NCBI GenBank assembly: GCA_965197585.1
Contig: OZ240215.1
Span: 1-64,000, forward strand
Direction: 5' to 3'
DNA: 64,000 nt
From: Dehalococcoidia bacterium
Lineage (GTDB): Bacteria > Chloroflexota > Dehalococcoidia > Plut-88900
Positions 1 through 13,551 of the stretch are shown in pieces. The position numbers were made by a program, and so were the translations under genes. The notes below the pieces were generated by a model. That model was given only the letters and a program-made list of their open reading frames with translations. It was not told the DNA's origin and did not search any database. How positions within the stretch are numbered: position 1 is the stretch's first letter; each line of letters begins with the position of its first letter.

Positions 1-3047
<3,047 letters not shown>

Positions 3048-3989
3048 ATGAGGACAGCCGTAAAACTGGACCTTTCGGTCAATCTGGCGCCTCTGCATCC
3101 GCGGGGCCTGGTCATCAGCAATCCAGTGATCGGGGCCTCGGGGACGGTTGCCTACGGCAAGGAGCTGGGAGAGGTCTCGGACCTGTCCCGTATCGGGGCG
3201 ATAGTGTGCAAGGGGATCACCCGATACCCGCGCGCCGGAAACCCACAGCCTCGCCTGGCCGAGACCTCTGCCGGACTGCTTAACACTATCGGCCTTCAGA
3301 ACGTCGGTGCGGAGGCCGCGGCGGACACTCTCGCTCCACAGTGGGCAACGTGGCCGATCAAAGTCATAGCTAACATATCCGGAGAGACCGCGACCGAGTT
3401 CGGTGAGATTGCCCGAATACTGGATGGCCGGCCGGGCATCAGCGGTCTCGAAGTTAATATAGGGTGCCCGAATGTGGAGCGGGGGGGTCTGGAGTTTGGT
3501 GTCGATGCACGGGCGGCGGCTCTGGTGACCGAGGCAGTCAAGAAAAACACCTCGCTCCCAGTCATGGTCAAGCTCACCCCCAACGTGACCGACATTGCCG
3601 AGATATCCAGGGCTGTGGTTGATAGTGGGGCGGACTGCATATCCCTGGTGAACACCTACGTAGGGCTCACTATAGACGTGCCCAAACGCAGACCTACGCT
3701 GAGCACGGTGACGGGCGGGCTTTCGGGGCCGGCAATCAAACCGTTGGCCCTGGCTATGGTATACAAGGCCGCGGGTGCGGTAGACGTGCCGGTGGTCGGG
3801 ATGGGGGGCATAAGCAACGCACAGGATGCCCTGGAATTCATAATGGCAGGCGCTACTGCAGTCCAGGTGGGGACAGCCAACTTCACCAATCCCCGGGCCT
3901 GCATGGACGTGGCGGAGGGGTTGAGGGAGTACATGGAACAGCAGGGCGTAGACACCTTGTCCAGTATCGTGGGGGCGGCCAGGGCCTAG
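3048..3989 (+). CDS. pyrD: Dihydroorotate dehydrogenase, family 1 catalytic subunit
   Basis: GNPQPRLAET, NIGCPNV (catalytic Cys), VKLTPNVTDI, GGLSGPAIKP, GATAVQVGTANF. Confidence 0.95.
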   Translation: MRTAVKLDLSVNLAPLHPRGLVISNPVIGASGTVAYGKELGEVSDLSRIGAIVCKGITRYPRAGNPQPRLAETSAGLLNTIGLQNVGAEAAADTLAPQWATWPIKVIANISGETATEFGEIARILDGRPGISGLEVNIGCPNVERGGLEFGVDARAAALVTEAVKKNTSLPVMVKLTPNVTDIAEISRAVVDSGADCISLVNTYVGLTIDVPKRRPTLSTVTGGLSGPAIKPLALAMVYKAAGAVDVPVVGMGGISNAQDALEFIMAGATAVQVGTANFTNPRACMDVAEGLREYMEQQGVDTLSSIVGAARA

Positions 3990-4112
3990 GGTCGGGGCCG
4001 GCCGGGATGATCGTCCCTCCAAAACTGCGTTATGATAGAATATCTTCCGTTATCATAATGAGAATTTCGCACTTGACGGAATCCCGTCGCAAAGGACCAA
4101 GGAGGGGCTAAG

Positions 4113-4994
4113 ATGGACAAGGGGACATGGAAAGTAAAGGCGGGACTGGCGCAGATGCTGAAGGGCGGGGTGATCATGGACGTGGTAACCGCGGAGCAGG
4201 CCAAGATCGCTGAGGACGCGGGTGCATGCGCGGTTATGGCCCTCGAACGGGTCCCCGCGGACATCAGGAGGGACGGCGGCGTTGCCCGGATGTCGGACCC
4301 CGAGATAATCAAAGCCATCAAGGACGCGGTCACGATTCCGGTCATGGCGAAATGCCGCATCGGCCACTTCGCAGAGGCCCAGGTGCTTGAGGCAATCGCT
4401 GTCGACTACATCGACGAGTCGGAGGTCCTTACGCCTGCCGACGAGAAATATCACGTCTGGAAGCACAATTTCAATGTCCCCTTCGTATGTGGGTGCCGTA
4501 ACCTGGGCGAGGCCCTCCGGCGCATCGACGAAGGCGCGGCGATGATCAGGACTAAGGGCGAGGCCGGTACCGGAGACATCGTAGAGGCCGTCAACCACCT
4601 GCGTACTGTTACGGAGGGTATCGAAGGGCTGCGTGAGCTGGATGACGACCAGCTGACCATCGCAGCCGAGGAGATGCGTGCATCCCGTGAGCTAGTCGCC
4701 GAGGTCAGGGAAAGCGGCAAGTTGCCGGTGGTGAACTTCTGCGCAGGCGGCATAGCGACCCCTGCTGATGCTGCCCTGGTCATGCAGCTTGGCGCCGAGG
4801 GTGTGTTCGTGGGCTCCGGCATCTTCAAGTCCGATGACCCTGCCCCGAGGGCCCGGGCGATAGTCGAGGCGACGACCCATTACAAGGACGCGGACATCGT
4901 GGCTCGAGTCTCGGAGGGCCTGGGAACGCCGATGAAGGGGATGTCTGCAAAGGACCTGCCGCCGGAGGCTCTCCTGGCCTCCAGGGGCTGGTAG
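4113..4994 (+). CDS. pdxS: Pyridoxal 5'-phosphate synthase lyase subunit
   Basis: [47 protein letters not shown]; AAGGAGG RBS. Confidence 0.98.
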   Translation: MDKGTWKVKAGLAQMLKGGVIMDVVTAEQAKIAEDAGACAVMALERVPADIRRDGGVARMSDPEIIKAIKDAVTIPVMAKCRIGHFAEAQVLEAIAVDYIDESEVLTPADEKYHVWKHNFNVPFVCGCRNLGEALRRIDEGAAMIRTKGEAGTGDIVEAVNHLRTVTEGIEGLRELDDDQLTIAAEEMRASRELVAEVRESGKLPVVNFCAGGIATPADAALVMQLGAEGVFVGSGIFKSDDPAPRARAIVEATTHYKDADIVARVSEGLGTPMKGMSAKDLPPEALLASRGW

Positions 4995-5018
4995 ACTCGC
5001 GGAGGTGTCCCTTCTCTG

Positions 5019-5594
5019 ATGGAGAAGGTAGGAGTCCTGGCGATCCAGGGAGACTTCGCCGAGCACTGTAAGATATTCAGTGACCTGGGTGTCGAGACCT
5101 CGGAAGTCCGGTTGCCGCGGCAACTTGACGAACTCGACGGCTTGGTAATTCCCGGCGGCGAAAGCACTACCATCACGAAGCTCATGGAAATTTACGGGCT
5201 CGTGGAGCCCGTGAAGCAGTTTGCAGAGTCCGGTAAGCCTTTGTGGGGTACGTGCGCGGGCATGATCGTTTCCTCTCGCCGCGTGATTGGGGATGTTCTG
5301 GTGCCGATGGGTCTTATAGACCTGGACGTGAGACGGAATGCGTTCGGGTCTCAAATAGACAGCTTCGAGGCGGACCTCCCTGTCCCAGCATTAGGTGGAA
5401 GTCCATTTCATGCGGTGTTCATCAGGGCGCCCTGGATAGAACGGATGGGGCCGGGAGTCGATCTCATCACCCAGCTGGAAAACGGTACGCCGGTGGCGGC
5501 GCGCCAGGATAACGTCCTGGTAACCTCATTCCATCCCGAACTCACCGACGATTCCCGGTTCCACAAGTTGTTCCTGGAGATGGGCCGCCGTTGA
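5019..5594 (+). CDS. pdxT: Pyridoxal 5'-phosphate synthase glutaminase subunit
   Basis: GVLAIQGDFAEH, PGGESTT, GTCAG, RNAFGSQIDSFE, FHPELT; directly follows pdxS. Confidence 0.97.
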   Translation: MEKVGVLAIQGDFAEHCKIFSDLGVETSEVRLPRQLDELDGLVIPGGESTTITKLMEIYGLVEPVKQFAESGKPLWGTCAGMIVSSRRVIGDVLVPMGLIDLDVRRNAFGSQIDSFEADLPVPALGGSPFHAVFIRAPWIERMGPGVDLITQLENGTPVAARQDNVLVTSFHPELTDDSRFHKLFLEMGRR

Positions 5595-5652
5595 CGGGGC
5601 CCGGTTCGGAGTACACACATATACGGATGACGGGCGGGCAGACTCGGGGACT

Positions 5653-6588
5653 ATGATAAGGACCATCAGCCCTTTCGATCTGGTCAGGCTGGTCTTTTCC
5701 GGCATGGGAAAGCTGCCCAACCAAGCAAAACCCCACAGGAAGCTGGGCTCGGACCGTCTGTCCATGCTGGACGTAATCTCCCCCAAGCCCTTGCTGGGCC
5801 TCGCTCCCCGTAGGCACACCTGCGTCCTGACCAGGGGATTCAAGGTGAAGGGGCTGGCCCTGGCCCAGAACATGGGAAGCCCTACGGTTTGGGAGGTGAG
5901 TTCCCTGGCCCTTTCCCCGGACCTGGAGCATTCGCTTATGGACCTGCTCAATGGTCTTATCCTCAACGCAGGCCGGCGGGGAGTCGACAGGTTGTTTATA
6001 AGGGTTGCGGAAGATAGCCCGTGCCGGGACGGGGTCCGGGCCGTGGGATTCACCTTTTACCTGCGAGAGAGCCTTTTCCGTCGGGACACACGTTCCGCAA
6101 CGGAAACTGCGGGCAGTGGAACGGACGCTGAACTGCAACCGGTGACGCAATCCAACGAGTTCACTGTGTTCCAGCTCTACAACGCCGTGTATCCTTTCCA
6201 CGTGAGAGTGGTGGAGGGCCAGACCCTTGATTACTGGAGGCAGACCCGGGCAGGAAACTGGACAGGACGAAACTCCGGGCAGTTTTTTGTTGTGGAGAAG
6301 GGTCTGACGGTAGGATGGGTGGGCACTCGGGTGCAGGGGAGGGCGGGCTACTTCAGTATTATGATCAGGCCCGGGGCCTCGATATCCCCCGACGACATCC
6401 TGTACCTGGTGGAGAGTCGGATGGCTCACCTGGAGACTGTGTACTGTATGGCCACAGAGTTCGAAACGCCACTTATGCAGGCCCTGGAGGCCCGAGGGTA
6501 CACATTGGTGCAGAAGTATTCCAGGGGCGTGCGAAACGTCACGGCCAAGATCAAGCGGCCTTCGCTGGTGCCCATAGGTGCGGAATAG
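5653..6588 (+). CDS. Hypothetical protein, possibly tandem GNAT-like fold
   Basis: 311-aa ORF co-oriented in the operon; two segments ending in GNAT-like motifs (VRAVGF, ALEARGY); no firm family motif. Confidence 0.6.
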   Translation: MIRTISPFDLVRLVFSGMGKLPNQAKPHRKLGSDRLSMLDVISPKPLLGLAPRRHTCVLTRGFKVKGLALAQNMGSPTVWEVSSLALSPDLEHSLMDLLNGLILNAGRRGVDRLFIRVAEDSPCRDGVRAVGFTFYLRESLFRRDTRSATETAGSGTDAELQPVTQSNEFTVFQLYNAVYPFHVRVVEGQTLDYWRQTRAGNWTGRNSGQFFVVEKGLTVGWVGTRVQGRAGYFSIMIRPGASISPDDILYLVESRMAHLETVYCMATEFETPLMQALEARGYTLVQKYSRGVRNVTAKIKRPSLVPIGAE

Positions 6589-6611
6589 CAGCAATAGGCG
6601 GTTAAACGGGA

Positions 6612-8156
6612 ATGGAAAAACAGATAACGGACGATCTGGGGGCGCTGCTCCAGACTCTGCCGTCTCACCTGCAGGAGCGGCTGCGGGAACGGCAGGACGG
6701 GAAGGAGCTTTTGGAAGTGGTCATGGACCTGGGTCGGAAGCCCGAGGCCCGCTTCCCTGACGGCGAGGCATACCTTCAGGACACCGAGGTGACTCAGGAG
6801 GAACTGGACTTCGTCGCGGAGCGTATAGGCAGCTTCGGGGATGACAACCGGGCGGGAATCGAAAGGACGCTGCACCGCATATCTGCGTTAAGGAACCGGA
6901 AGGGGAATATCGTAGGACTGACGTGCCGGGTGGGTCGGGCAGTCTACGGCACGATACGGGTTATTGATGACCTGGTAAAGTCGGGCAAGAGCATTCTCCT
7001 TCTGGGGAGGCCGGGTGTTGGGAAGACGACGATGCTGCGGGAGGTGGCTCGGGTGCTGGCTGACGACATGCGGAAGCGGGTCGTCATCGTGGACACTTCC
7101 AACGAGATAGCCGGAGACGGAGACATTCCCCATCCGGCCATCGGCCGGGCACGCCGGATGCAGGTCCCGACCCCCGCCTTTCAACATGCCGTGATGATTG
7201 AGGCCGTGGAGAACCACATGCCCCAGGTGATCATCATCGACGAGATCGGCACGGAGCTTGAGGCAACCGCCGCCCGAACAATAGGGGAGCGGGGTGTGCA
7301 GCTGGTGGCCACGGCCCACGGGAACAACCTGGACAACCTGATCCAGAACCCCACGCTTTCGGACCTGATCGGGGGCATTCAGTCAGTGACGCTGGGTGAT
7401 GACGAGGCGCGGCGAAGAGGAACGCAGAAGTCCATTCTGGAGCGGAAGGCCCCCCCGACATTCGACATAGTGGTAGAGATACAGAGCTGGGACAAGGTGG
7501 CAGTACACACGGACGTGTCGACGACGGTGGACTTGACGTTGCGGCAGAGATCCGCGCCCCCGGAAGAGCGCTGGCTGGACGAGGAAGGTAACGTCAGCAA
7601 GAATGTAGCGACTCGGACTCCGGCGCCTGGCCCATCCGTCGAGCCCAGGCCCAAGATGCTGGCAGGGATTTCCCGCATCTACTCTTTTGGCGTAAATCGT
7701 GGTCGGATGGAAAGCGTAATCAAGAAGCTGAAACTCCCCGTAAGCCTTGTGGAGGGATTCCGGGACGCCGACCTTGTGATAACCACGAAGACCTTCTACC
7801 GGAAGAGACCCCAGGCCCTCCGGGCCGCGGAATCCGAGGGCGTGCCCGTCTTCGTGCTGCGCCACAGCAGCGTGAGCCAGATTGAGCAGTACCTGATGGC
7901 GGTGTTCGGTCTGGAGAAGAAGGGCGACCCGTTAAACTCGGCGATAAAGGAGGCTGAGGACGCTGTACGGCAAGTGGAGACGGGAGAGGACTCGGTGGCG
8001 TTGAGCCCCCAGAGCAGCTTTATCCGACGGCTTCAGCACCAGACGGCGGAGCGTTCCAACCTGGAGTCTTTTAGTGTGGGGACGGACCCGATGCGGCACG
8101 TTAACATCTCGCGGCCCGGCGGTCAGCCGACCAGAAGGAACCCAGCCCCCTATTAG
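6612..8156 (+). CDS. Ycf45/SpoIIIAA-like AAA ATPase with C-terminal R3H domain
   Basis: EVVMDLGRKPEARF, RAGIERTLHRIS, Walker A GRPGVGKT, Walker B IIIDEIG, C-terminal IRRLQH (R3H). Confidence 0.9.
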   Translation: MEKQITDDLGALLQTLPSHLQERLRERQDGKELLEVVMDLGRKPEARFPDGEAYLQDTEVTQEELDFVAERIGSFGDDNRAGIERTLHRISALRNRKGNIVGLTCRVGRAVYGTIRVIDDLVKSGKSILLLGRPGVGKTTMLREVARVLADDMRKRVVIVDTSNEIAGDGDIPHPAIGRARRMQVPTPAFQHAVMIEAVENHMPQVIIIDEIGTELEATAARTIGERGVQLVATAHGNNLDNLIQNPTLSDLIGGIQSVTLGDDEARRRGTQKSILERKAPPTFDIVVEIQSWDKVAVHTDVSTTVDLTLRQRSAPPEERWLDEEGNVSKNVATRTPAPGPSVEPRPKMLAGISRIYSFGVNRGRMESVIKKLKLPVSLVEGFRDADLVITTKTFYRKRPQALRAAESEGVPVFVLRHSSVSQIEQYLMAVFGLEKKGDPLNSAIKEAEDAVRQVETGEDSVALSPQSSFIRRLQHQTAERSNLESFSVGTDPMRHVNISRPGGQPTRRNPAPY

Positions 8157-8174
8157 GCGGGGCTGTCACACTCT

Positions 8175-8909
8175 ATGGGACTTTTCATAACCTTCGAAGG
8201 CGGCGAGGGGACGGGCAAGACTTCTCAGGCCCGACAACTGTGGGATAGACTGAGGACGGAAGGCTACGTTTGCTCGCTGGTGAGGGAACCGGGGGGAACG
8301 GCCCTCGGAGAAAAGCTCAGGCCGCTGCTCAAGGGCCTGACCCCCCCGACACCAATTGCGGAGCTTCTCCTTTTCTCGGCGGCGAGGGCGGAACTGGTAA
8401 CCAGGCACATCGGGCCCGAGTTGGAACGGGGGTCTATCGTCATAGCGGACCGTTACGTGCACTCCACCATCGCTTACCAGGGCTACGGTTACGAGGGCCG
8501 GAAGGGTGGGCCGACACAAAAGCAGATCCAGGCCGTCAACCTGATCGCTACCAAAGATGTCATGCCCGACCTTACGATACTGCTGGACATGGAGCCCGAG
8601 GAGGCCTTGAAACGGATTGCTGCCCTTACACCGGAGCTTTCGGTAGGAGAGAACACCGGGCAGGGCGGTCGGATGGACAAAGAAGGCCGAAAGTTCGAGG
8701 ATGAGAACATCACATTCCACAAGAGGGTCCGGGAAGGTTATTTGAAGCAGGCCAGGCGGGACCCGGAAAGATGGCTTGTTGTGGATGCCGCCCAGGGGCC
8801 TGAGGCCGTGTCCACAGTGATCTGGGCAAGAGTGAAGCCGCTCTTGCCCTCAAAAGTGACTAAAGCTTCGGTAACCCTGTCTGGAGAGAAGAGAAGAAGG
8901 CTGATTTGA
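8175..8909 (+). CDS. tmk: Thymidylate kinase
   Basis: FITFEGGEGTGKT, REPGGT, ELLLFSAARA, DRYVHSTIAYQGYG. Confidence 0.95.
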   Translation: MGLFITFEGGEGTGKTSQARQLWDRLRTEGYVCSLVREPGGTALGEKLRPLLKGLTPPTPIAELLLFSAARAELVTRHIGPELERGSIVIADRYVHSTIAYQGYGYEGRKGGPTQKQIQAVNLIATKDVMPDLTILLDMEPEEALKRIAALTPELSVGENTGQGGRMDKEGRKFEDENITFHKRVREGYLKQARRDPERWLVVDAAQGPEAVSTVIWARVKPLLPSKVTKASVTLSGEKRRRLI

Positions 8910-9217
8910 GTCCAAGTAAACGATCTAGAACAGCAAGGCCTGGAAAGCAAAACCCCGATTCCCGCACAGGAATATTCAGCCCGCTGAGGCGCTCCGACAC
9001 TGAGCTGTTGGGGTGGGCGCTCGGTGGGCTGATAGTCGGCGTGGTCATCGGGGTGACGACGTTAGTGGCGTTCCTGATCATGATAATCTTGTTGGCGGCA
9101 ATAGCGCGGCTTTACCTGGAGAAGACGGAGAGGAACATCCGCCCGAGTCTCGGGATGGTGCCGGTGTTTATTGGGACGTACAGTATCGGGCTCTTCTTAC
9201 GGGCCCTGGGAGGGTGA
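8906..9217 (+). CDS. Small hypothetical membrane protein
   Basis: TTG start overlaps the tmk stop; two to three hydrophobic segments. Confidence 0.6.
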   Translation: MSPSKRSRTARPGKQNPDSRTGIFSPLRRSDTELLGWALGGLIVGVVIGVTTLVAFLIMIILLAAIARLYLEKTERNIRPSLGMVPVFIGTYSIGLFLRALGG

Positions 9218-9257
9218 GTGTACCCAATACTCCCCTGTTCCTATGAGAATGGACACG

Positions 9258-9288
9258 AATAAGCGGTTGGCTTAGCCAACCGCTTATT
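9258..9288. terminator. Perfect inverted repeat, probable intrinsic terminator
   Basis: AATAAGCGGTTGGC-TTA-GCCAACCGCTTATT downstream of the tmk operon. Confidence 0.75.
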
Positions 9289-9304
9289 TATACGGCAGAT
9301 TTTC

Positions 9305-9334
9305 TTGACGTTGAGGGTGTGGGATTGGTATATT
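9305..9334 (+). promoter_or_regulatory. Sigma70-type promoter of the nuo operon
   Basis: TTGACG-18 bp-TATATT with extended -10 TG. Confidence 0.6.
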
Positions 9335-9467
9335 GCTATTCCGATCTCGCTTGGCCGCCGGGCGGAAAAGCACCTCCGATTTTGGCATTGTTATGAAGGG
9401 CTGTAAGCGCGACTAAAAGGGATTTGCTCAGGGCCCAGCCCAGGGCCCTAGATAACGAATAAGGCAC

Positions 9468-9836
9468 GTGCCGGAACAGTACTCTCTCGAATACACCGCC
9501 GTTCTTATCGCCGTCATTGCGGGCACCCTGATGGTGCTTTTCGCGTTCCTTGGATCAATGCTCCTCGCTCCGAAGAGCAAGTCCGAGGCGAAAGACATCC
9601 CCTACGAGTGCGGCATCCCTCCCGTGGGCCGATTCTGGTCCCAGATCCACATCCGCTACTACATCTTCGCCATCCTCTTCCTCATTTTCGACGTCGAAGC
9701 CGCCTTCCTGTTTCCCTGGGCAGTGATATTCAAGAGCAACGGCCCTGTCATCTTCTACGAGATGATGCTGTTCATCGCCATTCTGCTATTCGGTTTGCTG
9801 TACAGCTGGCGCAAAGGGATGCTCCGGTGGAAGTAA
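9468..9836 (+). CDS. nuoA: NADH-quinone oxidoreductase subunit A
   Basis: [33 protein letters not shown]. Confidence 0.96.
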   Translation: MPEQYSLEYTAVLIAVIAGTLMVLFAFLGSMLLAPKSKSEAKDIPYECGIPPVGRFWSQIHIRYYIFAILFLIFDVEAAFLFPWAVIFKSNGPVIFYEMMLFIAILLFGLLYSWRKGMLRWK

Positions 9837-10345
9837 ATCCCGGCGACCGGCGCAACTGGCCGGGGAAGAGCCTGTTCAAGAGCGCAGCCCCGGGGATCAT
9901 CACCGCCAAGGCCGACCAGATATTTGCCATGGCGCGCAAATCTTCACTTTGGCCGTTGCAGTTCGGGCTTGCGTGCTGTGCCATCGAGATGATAAGCACG
10001 TTCATGTCTCACCATGACCTGGACAGGTTCGGGATAGTCCCGTGGCCATCGCCCCGGCAATCGGACCTGATGATCGTGGCGGGGACGGTGGTGAAGAAGA
10101 TGGAGGAGCCCATCAAGCTTCTCTATGAGCAGATGCCATCTCCGAAGTGGGTGATTGCAATGGGCAGCTGCGCCAGCGCCGGGGGACCTTACCAGAAGTC
10201 CTACTCGGTGGTGATGGGAGTGGACAAAATCATCCCCGTTGACGTGTATGTGCCTGGCTGTCCCCCCCGCCCCGAGGCGCTGATGGACGGCATCCTGAAA
10301 CTGCAGGAAAAGATCATGCGCGAGCGCGGCGAGGTCGGGACCTAG
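9827..10345 (+). CDS. nuoB: NADH-quinone oxidoreductase subunit B
   Basis: [42 protein letters not shown]; start moved to the GTG at 9827 overlapping the nuoA end. Confidence 0.96.
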   Translation: MEVNPGDRRNWPGKSLFKSAAPGIITAKADQIFAMARKSSLWPLQFGLACCAIEMISTFMSHHDLDRFGIVPWPSPRQSDLMIVAGTVVKKMEEPIKLLYEQMPSPKWVIAMGSCASAGGPYQKSYSVVMGVDKIIPVDVYVPGCPPRPEALMDGILKLQEKIMRERGEVGT

Positions 10346-10347
10346 GT

Positions 10348-10866
10348 ATGCCGCCCAAGGGGAAAAAGGGCCCCCCGCCCCCCAAGCCGGACCCCAAAGC
10401 GCTGGCGACTCTCGATATGCTAAAAGAAGTCTTCTCCGACAGGGAACCGACCCTTAACCTTAATCAGGTGGAGATGTCGATAGAGCCGGAACAGGCAGAT
10501 GACATCTGCCGCACGGCCAAGGAAGACCCGAGGCTCCGGTTCGACTTCCTGAGCTGCCTCTCAGTAGTCGAATACGACGACGTGTTTCAGACCGTCTACC
10601 ATCTATACTCCACGAGCCTCGGGCATGGGGCCGTGTTCAAGGCCAGCGCTCCCAGGGACAATCCGGTCTTTGCCTCCGTGTCACTGGTATGGGCGGCCGC
10701 GGAATGGTTCGAAAGAGAGGGCGCGGAGCTATTCGGGGTAGCGTACACGGGACACCCTGACCCCCGGCCTTTACTGCTTTGGGAGGGGTTCGAAGGGTTC
10801 CCGGGCCGCAAGGAGTATCCCTTCGCCGAGATACAGATACCGGACGACATCGAGGTGCCCCAGTGA
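10348..10866 (+). CDS. nuoC: NADH-quinone oxidoreductase subunit C
   Basis: VYHLYS, WAAAEWFEREGAELFG, GHPDPRPLL, RKEYP. Confidence 0.92.
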   Translation: MPPKGKKGPPPPKPDPKALATLDMLKEVFSDREPTLNLNQVEMSIEPEQADDICRTAKEDPRLRFDFLSCLSVVEYDDVFQTVYHLYSTSLGHGAVFKASAPRDNPVFASVSLVWAAAEWFEREGAELFGVAYTGHPDPRPLLLWEGFEGFPGRKEYPFAEIQIPDDIEVPQ

Positions 10867-11975
10867 CCATCGATCAGCCGCTCGACACTGTCGACATGAT
10901 GCTGAACATGGGGCCTCAGCACCCCAGCACTCATGGTGTGTTCCGCATGGTGCTGACCGTTGACGGCGAGAACATAGTCGACGTCGTGCCGCACATCGGG
11001 TATCTGCACCGGGGGTCGGAGAAGCTGTGCGAGGCGGAGGACTACCGCCAGATCATCGACCTCTTCGACAGGCTCGACTACGTATCTTCTTTCAACAACG
11101 AGCTTCCCTACGTGATGGCGGTTGAGAAGCTGATGGGGCTCGAGGTCCCGGAGCGGGCCCAGTACATCCGATTGATAATGTGCGAGCTGAACCGGATAGC
11201 GAGCCACCTGCTCTTCTACGGCGCATTCGGCGCAGACTGCGGGGCCATCACCCCGTTCCTGTACGGGTTCCGGGAGAGGGAGCAGATGCAGGCCCTCTTC
11301 GAGTCGGTGAGCGGCGCCCGGATGATGCACGGCTATTTCCGCGTGGGAGGTGTATTCCGGGACCTGCCGGACGACTTCAACCAGAGGCTCGACGCCCTCC
11401 TCCCGGTGCTCGAAAAGGGCATCACTGAGTGTGAAGACCTGTTGTCGAAGAACGAGCTTTTCCTGGAGCGCACCATCGGCGTAGGCGTCATCGACGCGGA
11501 GACGGCTATCGACTTCGGGGTGACGGGCCCCAACTTACGGGCCTCGGGGCTGGCCTACGACCTGCGTAAAGACGATCCTTACCTCCTCTACCCGAGATTC
11601 GACTTCAATGTACCCATCGGCGCCAGCGGTGACTGTTTCGACCGGTACATGGTGCGGATGGAGGAGATGTGGGAGTCGATAAAGATAGTGAAGCAGGCCG
11701 TGGCGCAGATGCCCCAGGGCCCGACAATGGCCAAGACCCCCCGCACCCTCCGCCCGCCCAAGGGCGACGTGTACGTGCGGACGGAGAATCCCCGGGGTGA
11801 GATGGGCGTCTACCTGGTGAGCGAGGGCAAGGACAAGCCCCACAGGATAAAGATGAGGACGCCGTCCTTCTGCAACCTGGTGGCGCTTAGACATATGCTC
11901 ATAGGGTCCTACCTGGCGGACTCGGTGGTGATACTGGGCTCGATAGACATAGTGCTGGGAGACGTGGACCGTTGA
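10863..11975 (+). CDS. nuoD: NADH-quinone oxidoreductase subunit D
   Basis: NMGPQHPSTHGV, GYLHRGSEK, RLDY, ELNRIASHL, GSIDIVLGDVDR; GTG start overlapping the nuoC stop. Confidence 0.97.
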   Translation: MTIDQPLDTVDMMLNMGPQHPSTHGVFRMVLTVDGENIVDVVPHIGYLHRGSEKLCEAEDYRQIIDLFDRLDYVSSFNNELPYVMAVEKLMGLEVPERAQYIRLIMCELNRIASHLLFYGAFGADCGAITPFLYGFREREQMQALFESVSGARMMHGYFRVGGVFRDLPDDFNQRLDALLPVLEKGITECEDLLSKNELFLERTIGVGVIDAETAIDFGVTGPNLRASGLAYDLRKDDPYLLYPRFDFNVPIGASGDCFDRYMVRMEEMWESIKIVKQAVAQMPQGPTMAKTPRTLRPPKGDVYVRTENPRGEMGVYLVSEGKDKPHRIKMRTPSFCNLVALRHMLIGSYLADSVVILGSIDIVLGDVDR

Positions 11976-13063
11976 GCTGGCTGGACGTGCTCTTCACTGT
12001 CCTGAAGGTGCTCGCCATCATCGGGCTGATCACGGTGGTGGTGTTGCTGCTCACGTACCTCGAGCGCAAGGTCCTGGGTCGTTTCCAGATGAGGATGGGC
12101 CCGATGCGGACCGGCTTTCACGGCATCTTCCAGCCTATCGCCGACGCCCTGAAGCTGCTCCTGAAGGAGGATATAACACCCTCCGTTCGGGACAGGTCTG
12201 CCTTCTGGATCGCGCCGATTATCGTCTTTGTACCAGCGTTCATATTGTGGGTCACCATACCCTTCACCGAGGACCTAGTCGTCAGGAACCTGGAGTACGG
12301 GATCCTCTACATCATCGCGGTGACCGTGGTGTCGATTGTTGGGATCATCATGGCGAGCTGGGGGTCGAACAACAAATACGCACTGCTGGGCGGGGCCCGA
12401 GCCGCTGCGCAACTCATAAGCTACGAGCTGCCGATAATCCTGGTGATACTTGCGGTTGTGATGCTGTCAGGCACCCTCGACATGCGTGAGATAGTCCAGG
12501 GACAGGGAAGCTATCCCTACGTTTATCTGCAGCCCCTGGGCCTGGTTGTCTTCCTGGTGGCGGGGCTGGCGGAGCTTGGACGCACGCCCTTCGACATAGC
12601 GACTGCGGAGTCGGAGATCGTGGGTGGGCCGTACGTCGAGTACAGCGGCATGCACTGGTCCATATTCTTCCTCGCCGAGTATGCCAACACCTTCGCCATC
12701 GGGGCGCTGGCCACGGTGCTGTTCCTGGGAGGCTGGAGCGGGCCTCTGCTCCCGGGGGTGATCTGGTTCGCCATCAAGACCACTGCGATAATAATGGCGA
12801 TATTCTGGCTGCGGGCGACACTGCCCCGCTTCCGCATAGACCAGCTCATGACCATTTGCTGGCAGTTCCTGATTCCCCTGACCTTCGCCAACATCCTGGT
12901 TACGGGCATATACGCATTCTACGGGTGGCCCTCGTGGTCGATGTTCCTGATGTCTATGGCGCTGTTGGCAGTGAGCGGGGTGGTGGTCAGGATTCGGCAA
13001 AAATCACGGACGGCGAAGTTCGAAGAGGCCTTGAGAGTCCGTAAGGAGAAGCTGGCGGCATGA
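11972..13063 (+). CDS. nuoH: NADH-quinone oxidoreductase subunit H
   Basis: ERKVLGRFQMRMGP, QPIADALKLLLKE, RTPFD, EYSG, LPRFRIDQL. Confidence 0.97.
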   Translation: MSWLDVLFTVLKVLAIIGLITVVVLLLTYLERKVLGRFQMRMGPMRTGFHGIFQPIADALKLLLKEDITPSVRDRSAFWIAPIIVFVPAFILWVTIPFTEDLVVRNLEYGILYIIAVTVVSIVGIIMASWGSNNKYALLGGARAAAQLISYELPIILVILAVVMLSGTLDMREIVQGQGSYPYVYLQPLGLVVFLVAGLAELGRTPFDIATAESEIVGGPYVEYSGMHWSIFFLAEYANTFAIGALATVLFLGGWSGPLLPGVIWFAIKTTAIIMAIFWLRATLPRFRIDQLMTICWQFLIPLTFANILVTGIYAFYGWPSWSMFLMSMALLAVSGVVVRIRQKSRTAKFEEALRVRKEKLAA

Positions 13064-13551
13064 TAGGCGTAATCAAGGGTCTCGCCACGACAATCAAGAC
13101 GTTGCTCAGGCCACCGGTAACAGTGCAATACCCGAAGGAGCATCTGCCGGTTTCCGACAGATTTATGGGCTTTCCGGGGCTGCTGTGGGACGACGTGATT
13201 GGGGAGTCCAAGTGTGTCGGGTGCCAGGTCTGCGCCCGATACTGCCCGACTGACTGCATGTACGTCACCATGAAGCCGAATGAGAACTACGAAGCGGGTA
13301 CCAGCAAGCGTAAGAAGATGGTCGAGGACTTCAAGCTGGACCTGTCCCGGTGCATCGTCTGCGGTATCTGCGTGGAGGTGTGCAACTTCGATGCGATAGT
13401 GATGACCCAGGAGCACGAGATAGGACAGTATGGCCGCAGGGGCCTTTGGGCCGACCTGGACGCCCTCCACGCCCTCGGGCAGGACTACGAAGAAAAGCAC
13501 GGCCCGGCGTACCCGGAGGCCGTGCCGGCAGGGGAGGTCGAAGAAGAGTAG
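13060..13551 (+). CDS. nuoI: NADH-quinone oxidoreductase subunit I
   Basis: VTVQYP and two CxxCxxCxxxC 4Fe-4S motifs. Confidence 0.95.
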   Translation: MIGVIKGLATTIKTLLRPPVTVQYPKEHLPVSDRFMGFPGLLWDDVIGESKCVGCQVCARYCPTDCMYVTMKPNENYEAGTSKRKKMVEDFKLDLSRCIVCGICVEVCNFDAIVMTQEHEIGQYGRRGLWADLDALHALGQDYEEKHGPAYPEAVPAGEVEEE

